A stretch of 51,511 bases of DNA from an uncultured Desulfobacterales bacterium. Its GTDB lineage: Bacteria; Desulfobacterota; DSM-4660; Desulfatiglandales; HGW-15. This document shows positions 18,127 to 29,389 of the stretch, in pieces. The notes under the pieces were generated by a model. It ran no database searches. It was not told where the DNA came from and saw only the letters and a list, made by a program, of their open reading frames with translations. A program made the position numbers and the translations under genes. The DNA is taken from positions 1-51,511 of the forward strand of contig CAYPSZ010000289.1 of assembly GCA_964413125.1 (NCBI GenBank). Direction: 5' to 3'. Position 1 is the stretch's first letter; each line of letters starts with the position of its first letter.

Positions 18127-19086
18127 TCAAAGCCGTATACGGGGGTCCACCACCATGTAAAGCAGGTCCGAGAGGAACGTTCCTGCCAGTACAAGCACGG
18201 CGGAAATAAAATTGACCGTGAGGATAACGGGGTAATCCCTTGCCAGGATGGCCTCGTAGGCCATCCGCCCCATGCCGGGCCACGAAAAGATGGACTCGAT
18301 GATCACGGAACCGCCGATCAGGCCGGGCAGGATAAGGCCGAACATGGTCACAAACGGGAGCAGGGCGTTTCTGAGTGCGTGACGGTAATGGACCTGTTCT
18401 TCGGGGAGCCCCTTGGCCCTGGCCGTGCGAATGTAGTCCTGTCCCTCCACTTCCAGCATCTGGCTCCGAACATACCTGCTGAGCACTGCGATCCCGCCGG
18501 TGGCGCCCAGCACCGAAGGGAGCAGAAGATGCCATACCCTGTCCATGAGCATGCGGATGGTGGATGCATCCGCCAGTCCGAAGGTTTCCATGCCTATGAC
18601 CGGCACCTGGAATTGGCTCACCACGAGGATGATAAGGATGTAGGCAAAGAAGAATCCCGGGATGGAGATAAGCAGGTATGCAAGGAATGTGGCTGTGCGG
18701 TCATAAATCCCACCGCGGTGAATGGCCGAACGTATCCCCACTGGAAACGACAGGGTCCATGTGATGAGCGTCCCCACAATGAAGAGTGGCAGGCTGTTCA
18801 GGAAACGTTCCCATATCTTTAGGAGAACCGGCTGGTTGTCTTTCCATGAGACAAGGTCGCCCGTCAGGAGGTTTCGATAAAAAAAGGCGTACTGCACGTG
18901 GAGGGGCTTGTCCAGATGAAAGGCCTTGCGAAAGCGTTCCACCATCTCGGGCGTGAACTTGGGGTTCAGGGGGTCCACCTGGCTCGGCTCGCCCGGCGCG
19001 AGGGGTATGATCAGAAAACTCAAGACTGAAACGAAGAAGAGCGTTATGGTTTTCTGGATGATGCTTCGTCCTATGAAGGACACCAT
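18127..19086 (-). CDS. oppB: Peptide ABC transporter permease (OppB-like)
   Basis: DYIRTARAKG, HALRNA, ESIFSWPGMG, RDYP and DPRIR motifs. Confidence 0.93.
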   Translation of the reverse strand: MVSFIGRSIIQKTITLFFVSVLSFLIIPLAPGEPSQVDPLNPKFTPEMVERFRKAFHLDKPLHVQYAFFYRNLLTGDLVSWKDNQPVLLKIWERFLNSLPLFIVGTLITWTLSFPVGIRSAIHRGGIYDRTATFLAYLLISIPGFFFAYILIILVVSQFQVPVIGMETFGLADASTIRMLMDRVWHLLLPSVLGATGGIAVLSRYVRSQMLEVEGQDYIRTARAKGLPEEQVHYRHALRNALLPFVTMFGLILPGLIGGSVIIESIFSWPGMGRMAYEAILARDYPVILTVNFISAVLVLAGTFLSDLLYMVVDPRIRL

Positions 19087-19182
19087 GATGAACTCCGTTA
19101 TTGGAACTTCTTGATCTCGCGCTGAGGCGAGGGAAAGGATAGGCTCTTAATGAAGCCGTCCTTATCGCCGTGCCCGGGCCTG

Positions 19183-21318
19183 TCAGTGGGCCGCAAACTC
19201 AGGGGTGTGCGGCAGCTTGATCCACCGGTTGAAGTCGAACCGGTAGTTTCCCGTCCGCGTGGGCGTGATCGGCCGGTGCCGGTAATTCCCGTCTTCGTCG
19301 ATCTCACGAATCACGATCCGGTTGTCCAGCACAGCCGTCCACTTGCCGACGTACAGAAAGGTGTACGGCTGTTCCCGGGCGATGATTTCATGCAGATGCC
19401 TGCAATAAGCCACCTGACGTTGACGATTGTATTCCTGCCTTATCTTGACGATCAGGTCGTCCGCTTCCGGGTTTTGGAAACCCACGAAATTGAGCTGATT
19501 GGGGCCCGTCTGGGAAGAGTGCCAGATCTGAAAGAGGTCCGGTTCTATGCCCATGCTCCACCCCAGCACAAGCGCGTCGAAATCCGCCCTGTTGACCCGT
19601 TCCTGAATAAAAACGGACCACTCCAGCAAGTCCGTTCGCACGTCGATGCCGATCCTGCGCCAGGCGTCCTGAGCAATGGCCAGGACTGCTTTTCTGATGT
19701 CGTTTCCGCTGTTGGTGATAAGGGTGAAACTCAAACGCTCACCATCCTTTTCGAGCCATCCGTCCCTGTTTCGCTTCCATCCGGCCTCCTCGAGCAGTCG
19801 AAGCGCACCTCCGGGATCGTAAGGAAGGGGCTGAATGCCGGGGTCATAGAAGTCCGTCTGCTTGACAAAGGGCCCGGTGATCCGCTCGGCCTGGCCGTGT
19901 AGCACGTAGCGGATGATCTTGTCCACATCAATGGCCATGCCCAGTGCCCTTCTCACCTTGGGATCGTTGAAGGGTTTGCGTCGCATATTATACCCGATGT
20001 AGGTGTAACCGAAGCTCAAACCGGAAAAACTCTGAAATCGGGGGTCCTCCTTCAGCCTTTGCACCTGATGGGGCTGGACCCCGTATGAGTCCAATGTGCC
20101 GGCATAGAATTCCATTTCCTGCGTAAGCAGGTCGGGAATGATGCGATAAACATAGCTTAGATAGTTGGGGGCGCCCTCCCAGTAGTCCTCGAAGCGGTCC
20201 AAAACAATGTGCCGGTCCGACGCCCACTCGCGGAACCTGAACGGACCACAGCCCACCGGGTTTCGGCTGAATCGGCTCTGTCGCATGGTAAAAGTGCCCG
20301 GATCCTTTCCCCGCGCGTTGGCCTCGGCCCTCAGTGCATCCCGGTTGAGCAGATGTTCCGGAAGGATCCCCATGCTCCAGGTGCCCAGAGCGGGTGAATA
20401 GAGTCGTTTGTAGACCACTCTGACGGTAAGAGGGTCCACGGCCTCCACCAGCTTCACCGGTTCATAGTCCGCGGTTCGGGGGGAGAGGTTTTCAGGGTTC
20501 ATGATGGCCTCGTATGTGAACTTGACATCCCCGGCGTCCAGCAGGTGACCGTCGTGGAACCGCACACCCTCCCGCAGATGAAAGGTGATAACCGGGTTGT
20601 GCTCGAAGGCTGGCAAGATCTCGTGTGCAACGCTCTTAAGCCGGTCTTCAGACAGGCTGAATGGGGCGTCGGCGGCTTCAATATAGTCGGAGGCCGGAAA
20701 AGAGGAGAAATAATCCTCTCCCAGAATAACCTCGAGACGTTCGAAGAGTTCTTGGTCCACGTTGTCCAGGGTGAGGCGAATTCGCTGAGGCTCGCGAACC
20801 AGAATATTAATCCGCGCCGGCTTTGCGTCCGGCCCGGGAACAAATACGCTTTCAATCCGTTCCTCGGGTTGAATGACCTCAATATGCCGTATGTTTTCCA
20901 GGGACCGGCGGGCCTCCCGGTTCAGGGGAAATTCCCCGGCCTTTGCCCGCTCAATCAGCCGGGCCTTGTCTTCGGCCCCGGGTCCACCCGCTTCGGGCGG
21001 AGTCATGAGTGGGTTGACTCGAAAGAGGGCGATCTCGTGGATATCCCAGGAGCGGGCCACACGTTCCCGAAAGCTCAGGTCGCGGTCCCGGTCGATGAGG
21101 CCTTCGAATACCATGCTTTGAATATCGCTGCTGGATGTATCTGCCGACAGGATGGGATTGAGGACACTGGCGTCGCCGATGGATCCGGTTATATATTCAT
21201 GGAGCCGCCCGGGGTTTCCTTTGGTCTGCTCTTCATAGGTCGGCACCCAGAAGTAGGACTGCAAAAGGAAAGCAATTATTACAAGGGGTGCTGCTATTAG
21301 TAATCTGCGGGTGGTCAT
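19183..21318 (-). CDS. Family 5 (Opp/Dpp) substrate-binding protein with N-terminal membrane anchor and large insertion
   Basis: LNPIL, FEGL, FHLREGVRFHDG, PVGCGPF and VRRALGMAID motifs. Start MTTRRLL. Confidence 0.9.
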   Translation of the reverse strand: MTTRRLLIAAPLVIIAFLLQSYFWVPTYEEQTKGNPGRLHEYITGSIGDASVLNPILSADTSSSDIQSMVFEGLIDRDRDLSFRERVARSWDIHEIALFRVNPLMTPPEAGGPGAEDKARLIERAKAGEFPLNREARRSLENIRHIEVIQPEERIESVFVPGPDAKPARINILVREPQRIRLTLDNVDQELFERLEVILGEDYFSSFPASDYIEAADAPFSLSEDRLKSVAHEILPAFEHNPVITFHLREGVRFHDGHLLDAGDVKFTYEAIMNPENLSPRTADYEPVKLVEAVDPLTVRVVYKRLYSPALGTWSMGILPEHLLNRDALRAEANARGKDPGTFTMRQSRFSRNPVGCGPFRFREWASDRHIVLDRFEDYWEGAPNYLSYVYRIIPDLLTQEMEFYAGTLDSYGVQPHQVQRLKEDPRFQSFSGLSFGYTYIGYNMRRKPFNDPKVRRALGMAIDVDKIIRYVLHGQAERITGPFVKQTDFYDPGIQPLPYDPGGALRLLEEAGWKRNRDGWLEKDGERLSFTLITNSGNDIRKAVLAIAQDAWRRIGIDVRTDLLEWSVFIQERVNRADFDALVLGWSMGIEPDLFQIWHSSQTGPNQLNFVGFQNPEADDLIVKIRQEYNRQRQVAYCRHLHEIIAREQPYTFLYVGKWTAVLDNRIVIREIDEDGNYRHRPITPTRTGNYRFDFNRWIKLPHTPEFAAH

Positions 21319-21455
21319 GGGATCGTTCGCAAGGTGTTTGGTCCGGGAACCTCTCAATCCAGTCTGCAAGTCTAACACAATTCCCGCGGGATGCAATTGG
21401 GAAACCGTATGGCCTGTGTTAGAGTAGGTTCATAAGGGGATAGGGAGGGGGTAGT

Positions 21456-22418
21456 ATGTTTGAGGTTCTGGAAAGCACTCGATTCGTTGCCCGGGAAAGC
21501 AGGTTGGTGAGGATCGACAAAAGGGCCCTTTGGGCCTTTGCAGGGCGTCTGTCGAGGGAGGATTTCAGCCTTCCACCCTGGGACTCCATGCATCACTATA
21601 CCGGGCCAAAGCACAAGGTAACCGCCTATTTGCTTGTACTGGACACCATCAATTTCTGTTTCCGGCCTCCTGATGGACACGAGGCCTGGGAGACGAATAT
21701 CGACGGTTGTGGGGTGTCGGGATACAACGGGCTTGCAGCGGCACTCAAAAAAGCCATGGAAGACGGTGTTCCCCTTGTGGAAGCCGCTTTTCTGGCCGGC
21801 TTGTCCGTTGAGGACCTTGAGGGCATCCTCAGGGGCCGGGGCAGACTTCAATTGATGGAAGAGAGGGCTCTCGCCCTTCGTGAGCTGGGGAGCGTTCTTC
21901 TAAGAGATTATGGTGGCCAGGCGCATCTCCTGGTTGAGGCGACCGTGGGCTGGGCCGGAGACCTGGCCAGGCTTCTTGCAGGAAAACTTGCTTCTTTCAG
22001 GGATACGGCCGTGTACCGCGGCCGCGCCGTATACTTTTACAAGCGGGGTCAAATCCTGGCTGCGGACCTTCACGGCGCACTTGAGGGGCTTGCTTGGGGG
22101 TGGTTCCGCGACATGGACCGGCTCACCGCCTTTGCCGACTATAAACTGCCCCAGGTCCTTCGCCAATGGGGTGTGCTGGTTTACGAAAAAGATCTGGCGC
22201 TGAGAGTGGACAGGCAGGAGCCCATTGAGGCCGGCAGCGAGGAAGAAATCGAGATCCGCTCCAACACCATAGTTGCCGTGGAGATGATCCGGCAGGCGGT
22301 CATGGAAATGGGCAAGCGCCTGCAATCGTTCGAGATCGACGGTATCCTGTGGCAAATGGGACAGGATGATAAATACAGGTTACAACCTTACCATAGAACC
22401 ACCACCATTTTTTACTGA
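21456..22418 (+). CDS. Queuosine salvage protein / queuosine-nucleotide N-glycosylase (DUF2419, Qng1 family)
   Basis: DTINFCF, YKRGQIL, LTAFADYKLPQVL, EEEIEIR and terminal PYHRTTTIFY. SD GGAGG upstream. Confidence 0.88.
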   Translation: MFEVLESTRFVARESRLVRIDKRALWAFAGRLSREDFSLPPWDSMHHYTGPKHKVTAYLLVLDTINFCFRPPDGHEAWETNIDGCGVSGYNGLAAALKKAMEDGVPLVEAAFLAGLSVEDLEGILRGRGRLQLMEERALALRELGSVLLRDYGGQAHLLVEATVGWAGDLARLLAGKLASFRDTAVYRGRAVYFYKRGQILAADLHGALEGLAWGWFRDMDRLTAFADYKLPQVLRQWGVLVYEKDLALRVDRQEPIEAGSEEEIEIRSNTIVAVEMIRQAVMEMGKRLQSFEIDGILWQMGQDDKYRLQPYHRTTTIFY

Positions 22419-22530
22419 AAGATTGAACAAGGAATTTTGAACAAGGGGGCAAGGAGGGCGGGCTCCTCGGCGACCCCAAGGTGCCGCGCCCCGTGTCCAC
22501 AGGGATCGAGAGACAATATGAAGCGGGTGT

Positions 22531-23910
<1,380 letters not shown>

Positions 23911-25074
23911 TCATTTCACGGCGCGCTTCATGTCCTCCACCAGGTCCAGGTTCTCCCAGGTAAGCTCGGGGAGTTCCCGCCCGAAGTGACCATAGTTACA
24001 TGTTTTTCGATAAATGGGGCGCAGCAGATTAAGCCTTTCTATGATGGCGGCGGGCCGCAAGTCGAACATTTTCTTTACGATCTCCGTCAGCTCACGGCTG
24101 GGAAGCACGCCGGTGCTGAATGCGCCAACTGTCACGCTCACCGGCTGGGCCTTGCCTATGGTGTAAGCCACCTGGAGCTCGCATCTCTCCGCCAGTCCGG
24201 CGGCCACCATATTCTTGACGATGTACCGGCACATGTAGGACGCGCTCCGGTCCACCTTGGAGGGATCCTTGCCGGAAAACGCCCCGCCACCGTGATGGCC
24301 GAACCCCCCGTAGGTGTCCATGATGATCTTGCGGCCGGTGAGCCCACAGTCTCCCATGGGGCCGCCCACCACGAACCGGCCCGTGGTGTTGATGTAAATA
24401 TTGGTGGATTCCCGCAGCATATTCTCTGGGATCACCTTCTTGATGACCTCTTCGATGATCGCTTCCCGGAGCGTGTCATAATCAACCTCCGGACTGTGCT
24501 GGGCTGCGATCACAACGGTGTGGACTTTATCCGGCCTGCCGCCGATGTACTCCACCGTTACCTGTCCCTTACCGTCCGGTCGAAGCCAGGGTAGCTTGCC
24601 GGATTTTCGTACATGGGCCAGGCGCTGGGTCAGGCCGTGGGCCAGATAAATGGGCATGGGCATCAGGGTATGGGTGTCCTTGCAGGCATACCCGAACATC
24701 AGCCCCTGATCCCCGGCTCCCTGTTCTTTATAGAGCCCTTGGCCGTTCACACCTTGGGCGATGTCAGGGGACTGCTTGTCAATGGACGAAATCACGGCAC
24801 AGGTCTCCCAGTCGAACCCCATGGATGAGTTCTTGTAGCCGATATCGCGAATGGTGCTGCGGACCACTTCCGGCATATCCACATATCCGGACGTGGTTAT
24901 CTCGCCCGCGATTATGGCCATTCCGGTGGTGACAAGGGTCTCACAGGCCACACGCGACATAGGGTCCTGTTCCAGCATGGCGTCGAGGATGTGATCGGAA
25001 ATCTGATCCGCCACCTTGTCCGGATGACCTTCCGTGACGGATTCCGAGGTGAATAGAAAGCTTTCGGTCTTCAT
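23911..25074 (-). CDS. metK: S-adenosylmethionine synthetase
   Basis: [19 protein letters not shown] and [12 protein letters not shown] 25074 has SD AAGGAG; an in-frame upstream ATG exists at 25119. Confidence 0.98.
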   Translation of the reverse strand: MKTESFLFTSESVTEGHPDKVADQISDHILDAMLEQDPMSRVACETLVTTGMAIIAGEITTSGYVDMPEVVRSTIRDIGYKNSSMGFDWETCAVISSIDKQSPDIAQGVNGQGLYKEQGAGDQGLMFGYACKDTHTLMPMPIYLAHGLTQRLAHVRKSGKLPWLRPDGKGQVTVEYIGGRPDKVHTVVIAAQHSPEVDYDTLREAIIEEVIKKVIPENMLRESTNIYINTTGRFVVGGPMGDCGLTGRKIIMDTYGGFGHHGGGAFSGKDPSKVDRSASYMCRYIVKNMVAAGLAERCELQVAYTIGKAQPVSVTVGAFSTGVLPSRELTEIVKKMFDLRPAAIIERLNLLRPIYRKTCNYGHFGRELPELTWENLDLVEDMKRAVK

Positions 25075-25231
25075 TGGTTGCTCCTTTTCGGCTTGTTTTG
25101 CTTTTCGGCGTCTTGTCATCTTAGTGTGCCGCCGTTGGGTCTGGTGAAGGGCGCCCCTGAATGAGCAGCTCCGAGCGCCTTGTATGGGACAATCCCCATT
25201 ATTCTGTTAACTTCCATGTCTTCTGTTTACC

Positions 25232-25891
25232 TCAACCTCCGGACTTCATGGGCACGTAGTATTGGGTGCCCGATTTCATTTCCTGGATACGTGACACCAG
25301 GTCCTCGAAATCCTCAGGTAGATGCACGAAATCGATCTCGGAGGCGTTCACGACCAGAAGGGGTGCCTCGTTGTAATGAAAGAAGAATTCATTGAACGAT
25401 CTATTGATTTTTTCAAGGTATTTGGTTCCTATGCCTCGCTCGAACTTACGGCCTCGCCTGCGGATGCGGTCCATTAACACATCGGTCCGGGCCTGGAGAA
25501 AAATAACCAGATCCGGCGGGGCCAGGCGCTTTTTCAGCAATCCGTAGATCTGATCATATAGCCGGAACTCCTTTTCGTCCAGATTGGAGGCTGCAAATAT
25601 CCGGTCCTTATCGAACAGGTAGTCTGTAATAAGCACACGGTTAAAAAGGCCTATCTGACTCAGTTGCAGGGCCTGCTGATACCTTCTGAGCAGGAAGAAG
25701 ACCTGAGTCTGAAACCCGTATTTCTTAGGGTCCCTGTAAAAATCGACGAGAAAGGGGTTTTCCTCAACATCTTCCAGCAATATCTCGGCGTCCAGTCTCT
25801 GTGCCAGCATTCCAGCCAGGCTTGTCTTGCCCACACCCAAGGGGCCCTCGATTACAATATGGTTGTGGGGGGTGGAGGGGGATGGTTGCAT
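25232..25891 (-). CDS. Deoxynucleoside kinase
   Basis: IEGPLGVGKT P-loop, NPFL, PDLVIFLQA and RIRRRGR lid motif. Confidence 0.9.
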   Translation of the reverse strand: MQPSPSTPHNHIVIEGPLGVGKTSLAGMLAQRLDAEILLEDVEENPFLVDFYRDPKKYGFQTQVFFLLRRYQQALQLSQIGLFNRVLITDYLFDKDRIFAASNLDEKEFRLYDQIYGLLKKRLAPPDLVIFLQARTDVLMDRIRRRGRKFERGIGTKYLEKINRSFNEFFFHYNEAPLLVVNASEIDFVHLPEDFEDLVSRIQEMKSGTQYYVPMKSGG

Positions 25892-26053
25892 GCAAAGCCT
25901 CGGCCCGTCGTTTCCGGCCCGGATAACTATGCGGGCGGGGAATTTGTGCCGCTAAAGAGGGATTCGCCGGAAAAAACAACTACCAAGAGGGAAAGTGGTC
26001 AAAGCGGGGAATCCCCGGCACCGTCGGTCACATTACATCTGTAAAACCGTATC

Positions 26054-26082
26054 TCACTATCACCCGCCCTCGACTTTGTCAA
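26054..26082 (-). promoter_or_regulatory. Putative sigma70 promoter for dNK-metK-ahcY
   Basis: TTGACA N17 TAGTGA with a TG extended -10 element. Confidence 0.45.
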
Positions 26083-26108
26083 GAATGGTGGCAGGATATA
26101 TGAAAAAA

Positions 26109-26996
26109 TCATGATCCTTTGCCGACCATCCCGGAAAACGCCTCGCTGAGCCTAAGGAAGTCGCCTATGGTCAAGGTCTCGGGGCGGCGTCCGGGCGCAA
26201 TACCGCAATCAGCAAGCGCACGGCCCACAGCGTCACGGTCCCAGGCCGGAAACGATGCCAGAAGCGCATTTTGAATGGTCTTTCGTCTGTGCCTGAATGC
26301 GCCTTTGACCACGGAGCGGAAGACTGGCTCGTCCGCCGCACCGGGGCAGTGGTGAAGGTCGAAGTCCAGTTCCACCACAGTGGAGTCCACCCTCGGTATG
26401 GGGTGAAAAGACCTTCTGCCCACACGCAGAAGCCGTCGAACTCTTGCATGTAGCCCCACAAGCAAGGTCAGCGCCCCATAGGCACGGCCCCCGGGAGAGG
26501 CGCAGAGACGGTCTGCAACCTCTTTCTGAAACATGAGGACCGCCCTGCGGAACCTTTGACGGTGATCGATCAGTGTCTCCAGGACCGGTGTGCTCACATT
26601 GTACGGAAGGTTTCCGATCACGTGAATCTTATGGCTTGAAAAACGATCCAATATCTCGAAGTCGAAACGGAGTATGTCGCCGCAGGCTATTTGGACGTTG
26701 GTGATTCCCCGGACCTCAATTCTTTGCTGAAGCCATGCAGCCAGGTCGCGGTCTTTTTCCACTGCCAACACGCGTGCCACCCTTTCGGCCAGAGGAAATG
26801 TAAGGGCGCCTCGTCCAGGTCCGATTTCCAGGACATGGTTTTCCGAATCCAGTCCTGCGAGCTCCAGGATGTCATGAATCACCATCCTGTCCTTCAGAAA
26901 GTGCTGCCCGAAGCGTTTCTTGGCCCTAAAACCCTGCAAAACGATCAACCGGTCTTCCTGGAGAGTTTCTTGAAAGTCCGGCGGCGCTCCCTCCAC
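26109..26996 (-). CDS. rsmA: 16S rRNA m6,2A1518/1519 dimethyltransferase
   Basis: KKRFGQHFL, EIGPGRGALT, GNLPYN, MFQKEVADRL and FRHRRK motifs. Start uncertain. Confidence 0.95.
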   Translation of the reverse strand: MEGAPPDFQETLQEDRLIVLQGFRAKKRFGQHFLKDRMVIHDILELAGLDSENHVLEIGPGRGALTFPLAERVARVLAVEKDRDLAAWLQQRIEVRGITNVQIACGDILRFDFEILDRFSSHKIHVIGNLPYNVSTPVLETLIDHRQRFRRAVLMFQKEVADRLCASPGGRAYGALTLLVGLHARVRRLLRVGRRSFHPIPRVDSTVVELDFDLHHCPGAADEPVFRSVVKGAFRHRRKTIQNALLASFPAWDRDAVGRALADCGIAPGRRPETLTIGDFLRLSEAFSGMVGKGS

Positions 26997-27463
26997 CGGC
27001 GGATTCCCCGGAACAGCATTAGAAACGCCGGGTAGGACAGAGATGCCAGCAGAAGCCCCAGAATCAGACCGCCCAGAACAAAGGCTGCAACGATTGATCC
27101 GCCCGTACCAAGGACGGTTTTGACCAGGGCCATACCTTCCACACCCTGTTCCAGGGCATCCAGGACCGATGAAACTCCGCGGTGTCTTTCAGGGAGCCCT
27201 AGAATTGCGGCTCCGACCCTGTAGTCCAGGGCATAAACAAAGTACCAATTGAGGGGGTTGCTGACCCAGGTGCCCAGAGCGGCCGTAATCTTGCTGCCGC
27301 CCAATATAATGGCCAGAAATAAGGCCAGGGCCGTCTGAAAAGGGACGACAGGCATTAGGCCCGAGAAAACGCCCAGGGCCATGCCCAGGGCCAGGGCCTC
27401 CGGGTTTCCTCTCAGTCGAATGAATCTCCAATAGTAGTACTGGAGTTGTCTTGAGAATTTCAC
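26945..27463 (-). CDS. DUF2062 family membrane protein
   Basis: PEALALGMALGVFSGLMP and GTWVSNPL are characteristic of the family. Confidence 0.8.
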   Translation of the reverse strand: MKFSRQLQYYYWRFIRLRGNPEALALGMALGVFSGLMPVVPFQTALALFLAIILGGSKITAALGTWVSNPLNWYFVYALDYRVGAAILGLPERHRGVSSVLDALEQGVEGMALVKTVLGTGGSIVAAFVLGGLILGLLLASLSYPAFLMLFRGIRRWRERRRTFKKLSRKTG

Positions 27464-28512
27464 GTCCGGCTTGTTCCTGATTTCCCTGCCGGAGGCAGCT
27501 CATCCACGGGATACCTCGAGCGCACATCCGTGGAAAGATCCGAACGTTGACCGGCCTCCAGGCGAAAGAGTGCGGCTTCGGCGATCATGGCCCCGTTGTC
27601 AGTGCAGAGGATAGGGCGGGGCCAGTAAACCCTGATACCCCTGCATACGCCTTCCTGCTGAAGCCTTCGCCGGAGGGCTCCGTTGCAGGCTACACCTCCG
27701 GCCGCAACCACCGAACCGGTTCCGGTTTGCTCGGCGGCGGCAAACAGCTTGGCTGAGAGGACGTCTATAACCGATTCCTGGAAAGAAGCGGCTATGTCTT
27801 CCAGCCGGATCCCGTTTTTCTCCTTGTGATGCCTGTTCCAGCGTTCCACGAACAAGGCAACCGATGTCTTAAGCCCGCTGAAACTGAAGTCAAGGGAATC
27901 ATTTCCCAGCATTGCCCGTGGGAAAGCTATTCTATCGGCGATTCCAAAGGAGGCTGCCTTTTCAATGACCGGCCCTCCGGGATAGCCCAGACCCAGGAGT
28001 TTGGCCACCTTGTCGAATGCCTCGCCCGCGGCGTCGTCCAAGGTTTGCCCCAGTGTTCGGTAAACGCCGGGACGCTCCACATGGTAGAGGCTCGTGTGCC
28101 CTCCCGACACCGTCAGGGCTGTGAAAGGAAAAGACGGCGCCTCAGGTTCAAGCAGGATGGATAGGATGTGACCTTCCAGGTGATTGACGCCTACGAGTGG
28201 CAATCCCTTGACCCATGAGAGCCCGCGTGCATAGTGGAGGCCCACAAGGAGCGATCCGATCAGGCCGGGCCCGATGGTGACTGCCACGGCGTCCAGATCT
28301 TCCGGGTCCATGCCCGCGTCTTCCAATGCCTTGTCCACCACCGGTACGATGTTACGGATGTGTTCGCGTGAGGCCAGTTCAGGGACCACACCGCCGTATG
28401 GATGGTGAATCCGTATCTGGGAGTTTATGACGTTGGACAGGATTCCGTCCCGGTCCGAAACCACCGCAGCCGACGTATCATCACATGAGGTGTCAATGCC
28501 GAGAATTATCAT
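27460..28512 (-). CDS. tsaD: tRNA t6A threonylcarbamoyltransferase
   Basis: GIDTSCDDT, GGVVPELASREH, NHLEGH, SGGHT, DDAAGEAFDK, FSFSGLK and DNGAMI motifs. Confidence 0.97.
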   Translation of the reverse strand: MIILGIDTSCDDTSAAVVSDRDGILSNVINSQIRIHHPYGGVVPELASREHIRNIVPVVDKALEDAGMDPEDLDAVAVTIGPGLIGSLLVGLHYARGLSWVKGLPLVGVNHLEGHILSILLEPEAPSFPFTALTVSGGHTSLYHVERPGVYRTLGQTLDDAAGEAFDKVAKLLGLGYPGGPVIEKAASFGIADRIAFPRAMLGNDSLDFSFSGLKTSVALFVERWNRHHKEKNGIRLEDIAASFQESVIDVLSAKLFAAAEQTGTGSVVAAGGVACNGALRRRLQQEGVCRGIRVYWPRPILCTDNGAMIAEAALFRLEAGQRSDLSTDVRSRYPVDELPPAGKSGTSRT

Positions 28513-28581
28513 AAACTTGACAAGGCGAGAGGACCGTTTAAGAAAACTTGCTTATAACAACAGCCCTGTCCCGCGTACCCT

Positions 28582-29388
28582 TCAGCGTTTCAGCTTCTTC
28601 TTCAGCTTGCTCCACTTACCTTCTTCAAGGACTTCCAAGAGTATTACAGTGATGTTGTCTCCTCCACCCCCGCGGTTCGCTTCGTCTATGAGTATTTCGG
28701 CCTTACGTTCAAGAGAAGTGGAAAAATCATCCATTACCGCTTTGATTGCCCCATCACTCATGTAGTTGGTGAGTCCGTCGGAACAGACCAAGATGATGTC
28801 TCCGGGTTCGGGACTTATGGGGGTGATGTATGCATCCACCTTCATATGCTGTCCCATGACCCGTGTCAGCAGGTTTTTCATCCCGGAACGGTCCGAAGGT
28901 TCCATGGGACCGGTAAGTCCCATGGCCCTCTGTTCCGCTTCCATGGAGTGCTCCTGTGAGATCTGAACAAGCCTCTGACCCTGGTCGAAAAGGTATGTCC
29001 TGGTGTCGCCCACATTTGCGGCCCATATGCATTCGCCCTCAACCAAAAGCGCCGCCACAGTTGAGCCCATATGGTGATATTCAGGCTTTTTCTGAGCCTC
29101 GTGAATAACAATATTGGTGAGGGATATGGAGTTGATCAAGTGTTTTGCCATATCCGGTATGTCTTTGTTGATGGGGTCGAGAAACGAAGGCGCCCGGTTG
29201 TTACGCACCTTTTCCCAGTAGTCGGCCATGGTTTCCACAACCATTCGGCTTGCCACATTTCCGGCCCTGTGCCCCCCCATGCCGTCGGCTACGACGAAAA
29301 GACCCAGATCAGGCTTAACAAGAAGGTTGTCCTCATTAAACTTTCTTGTTAAGCCGGTATGAGTTCTTACTGCAAAGGTTATATTCAT
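28582..29388 (-). CDS. PP2C-type Ser/Thr protein phosphatase
   Basis: NED, VADGMGGH, NVGDTR, CSDGL and GGGDNIT motifs. Start MNITFA. Confidence 0.93.
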   Translation of the reverse strand: MNITFAVRTHTGLTRKFNEDNLLVKPDLGLFVVADGMGGHRAGNVASRMVVETMADYWEKVRNNRAPSFLDPINKDIPDMAKHLINSISLTNIVIHEAQKKPEYHHMGSTVAALLVEGECIWAANVGDTRTYLFDQGQRLVQISQEHSMEAEQRAMGLTGPMEPSDRSGMKNLLTRVMGQHMKVDAYITPISPEPGDIILVCSDGLTNYMSDGAIKAVMDDFSTSLERKAEILIDEANRGGGGDNITVILLEVLEEGKWSKLKKKLKR

Positions 29389-29389
29389 C

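Noticed and set aside
19100-19180. Possible REP/MITE-like remnant between the binding-protein gene and oppB
   Set aside because: Single copy in the window with no clear terminal inverted repeats.
25120-25185. SAH riboswitch upstream of metK-ahcY (CCAG...AACGGCG)
   Set aside because: The GAGCG/CGCUC pseudoknot and P1 of the consensus cannot be built.
28517-28560. Plus-strand TTGACA as an antisense promoter into the PP2C gene
   Set aside because: No good -10 at 16-18 bp spacing.
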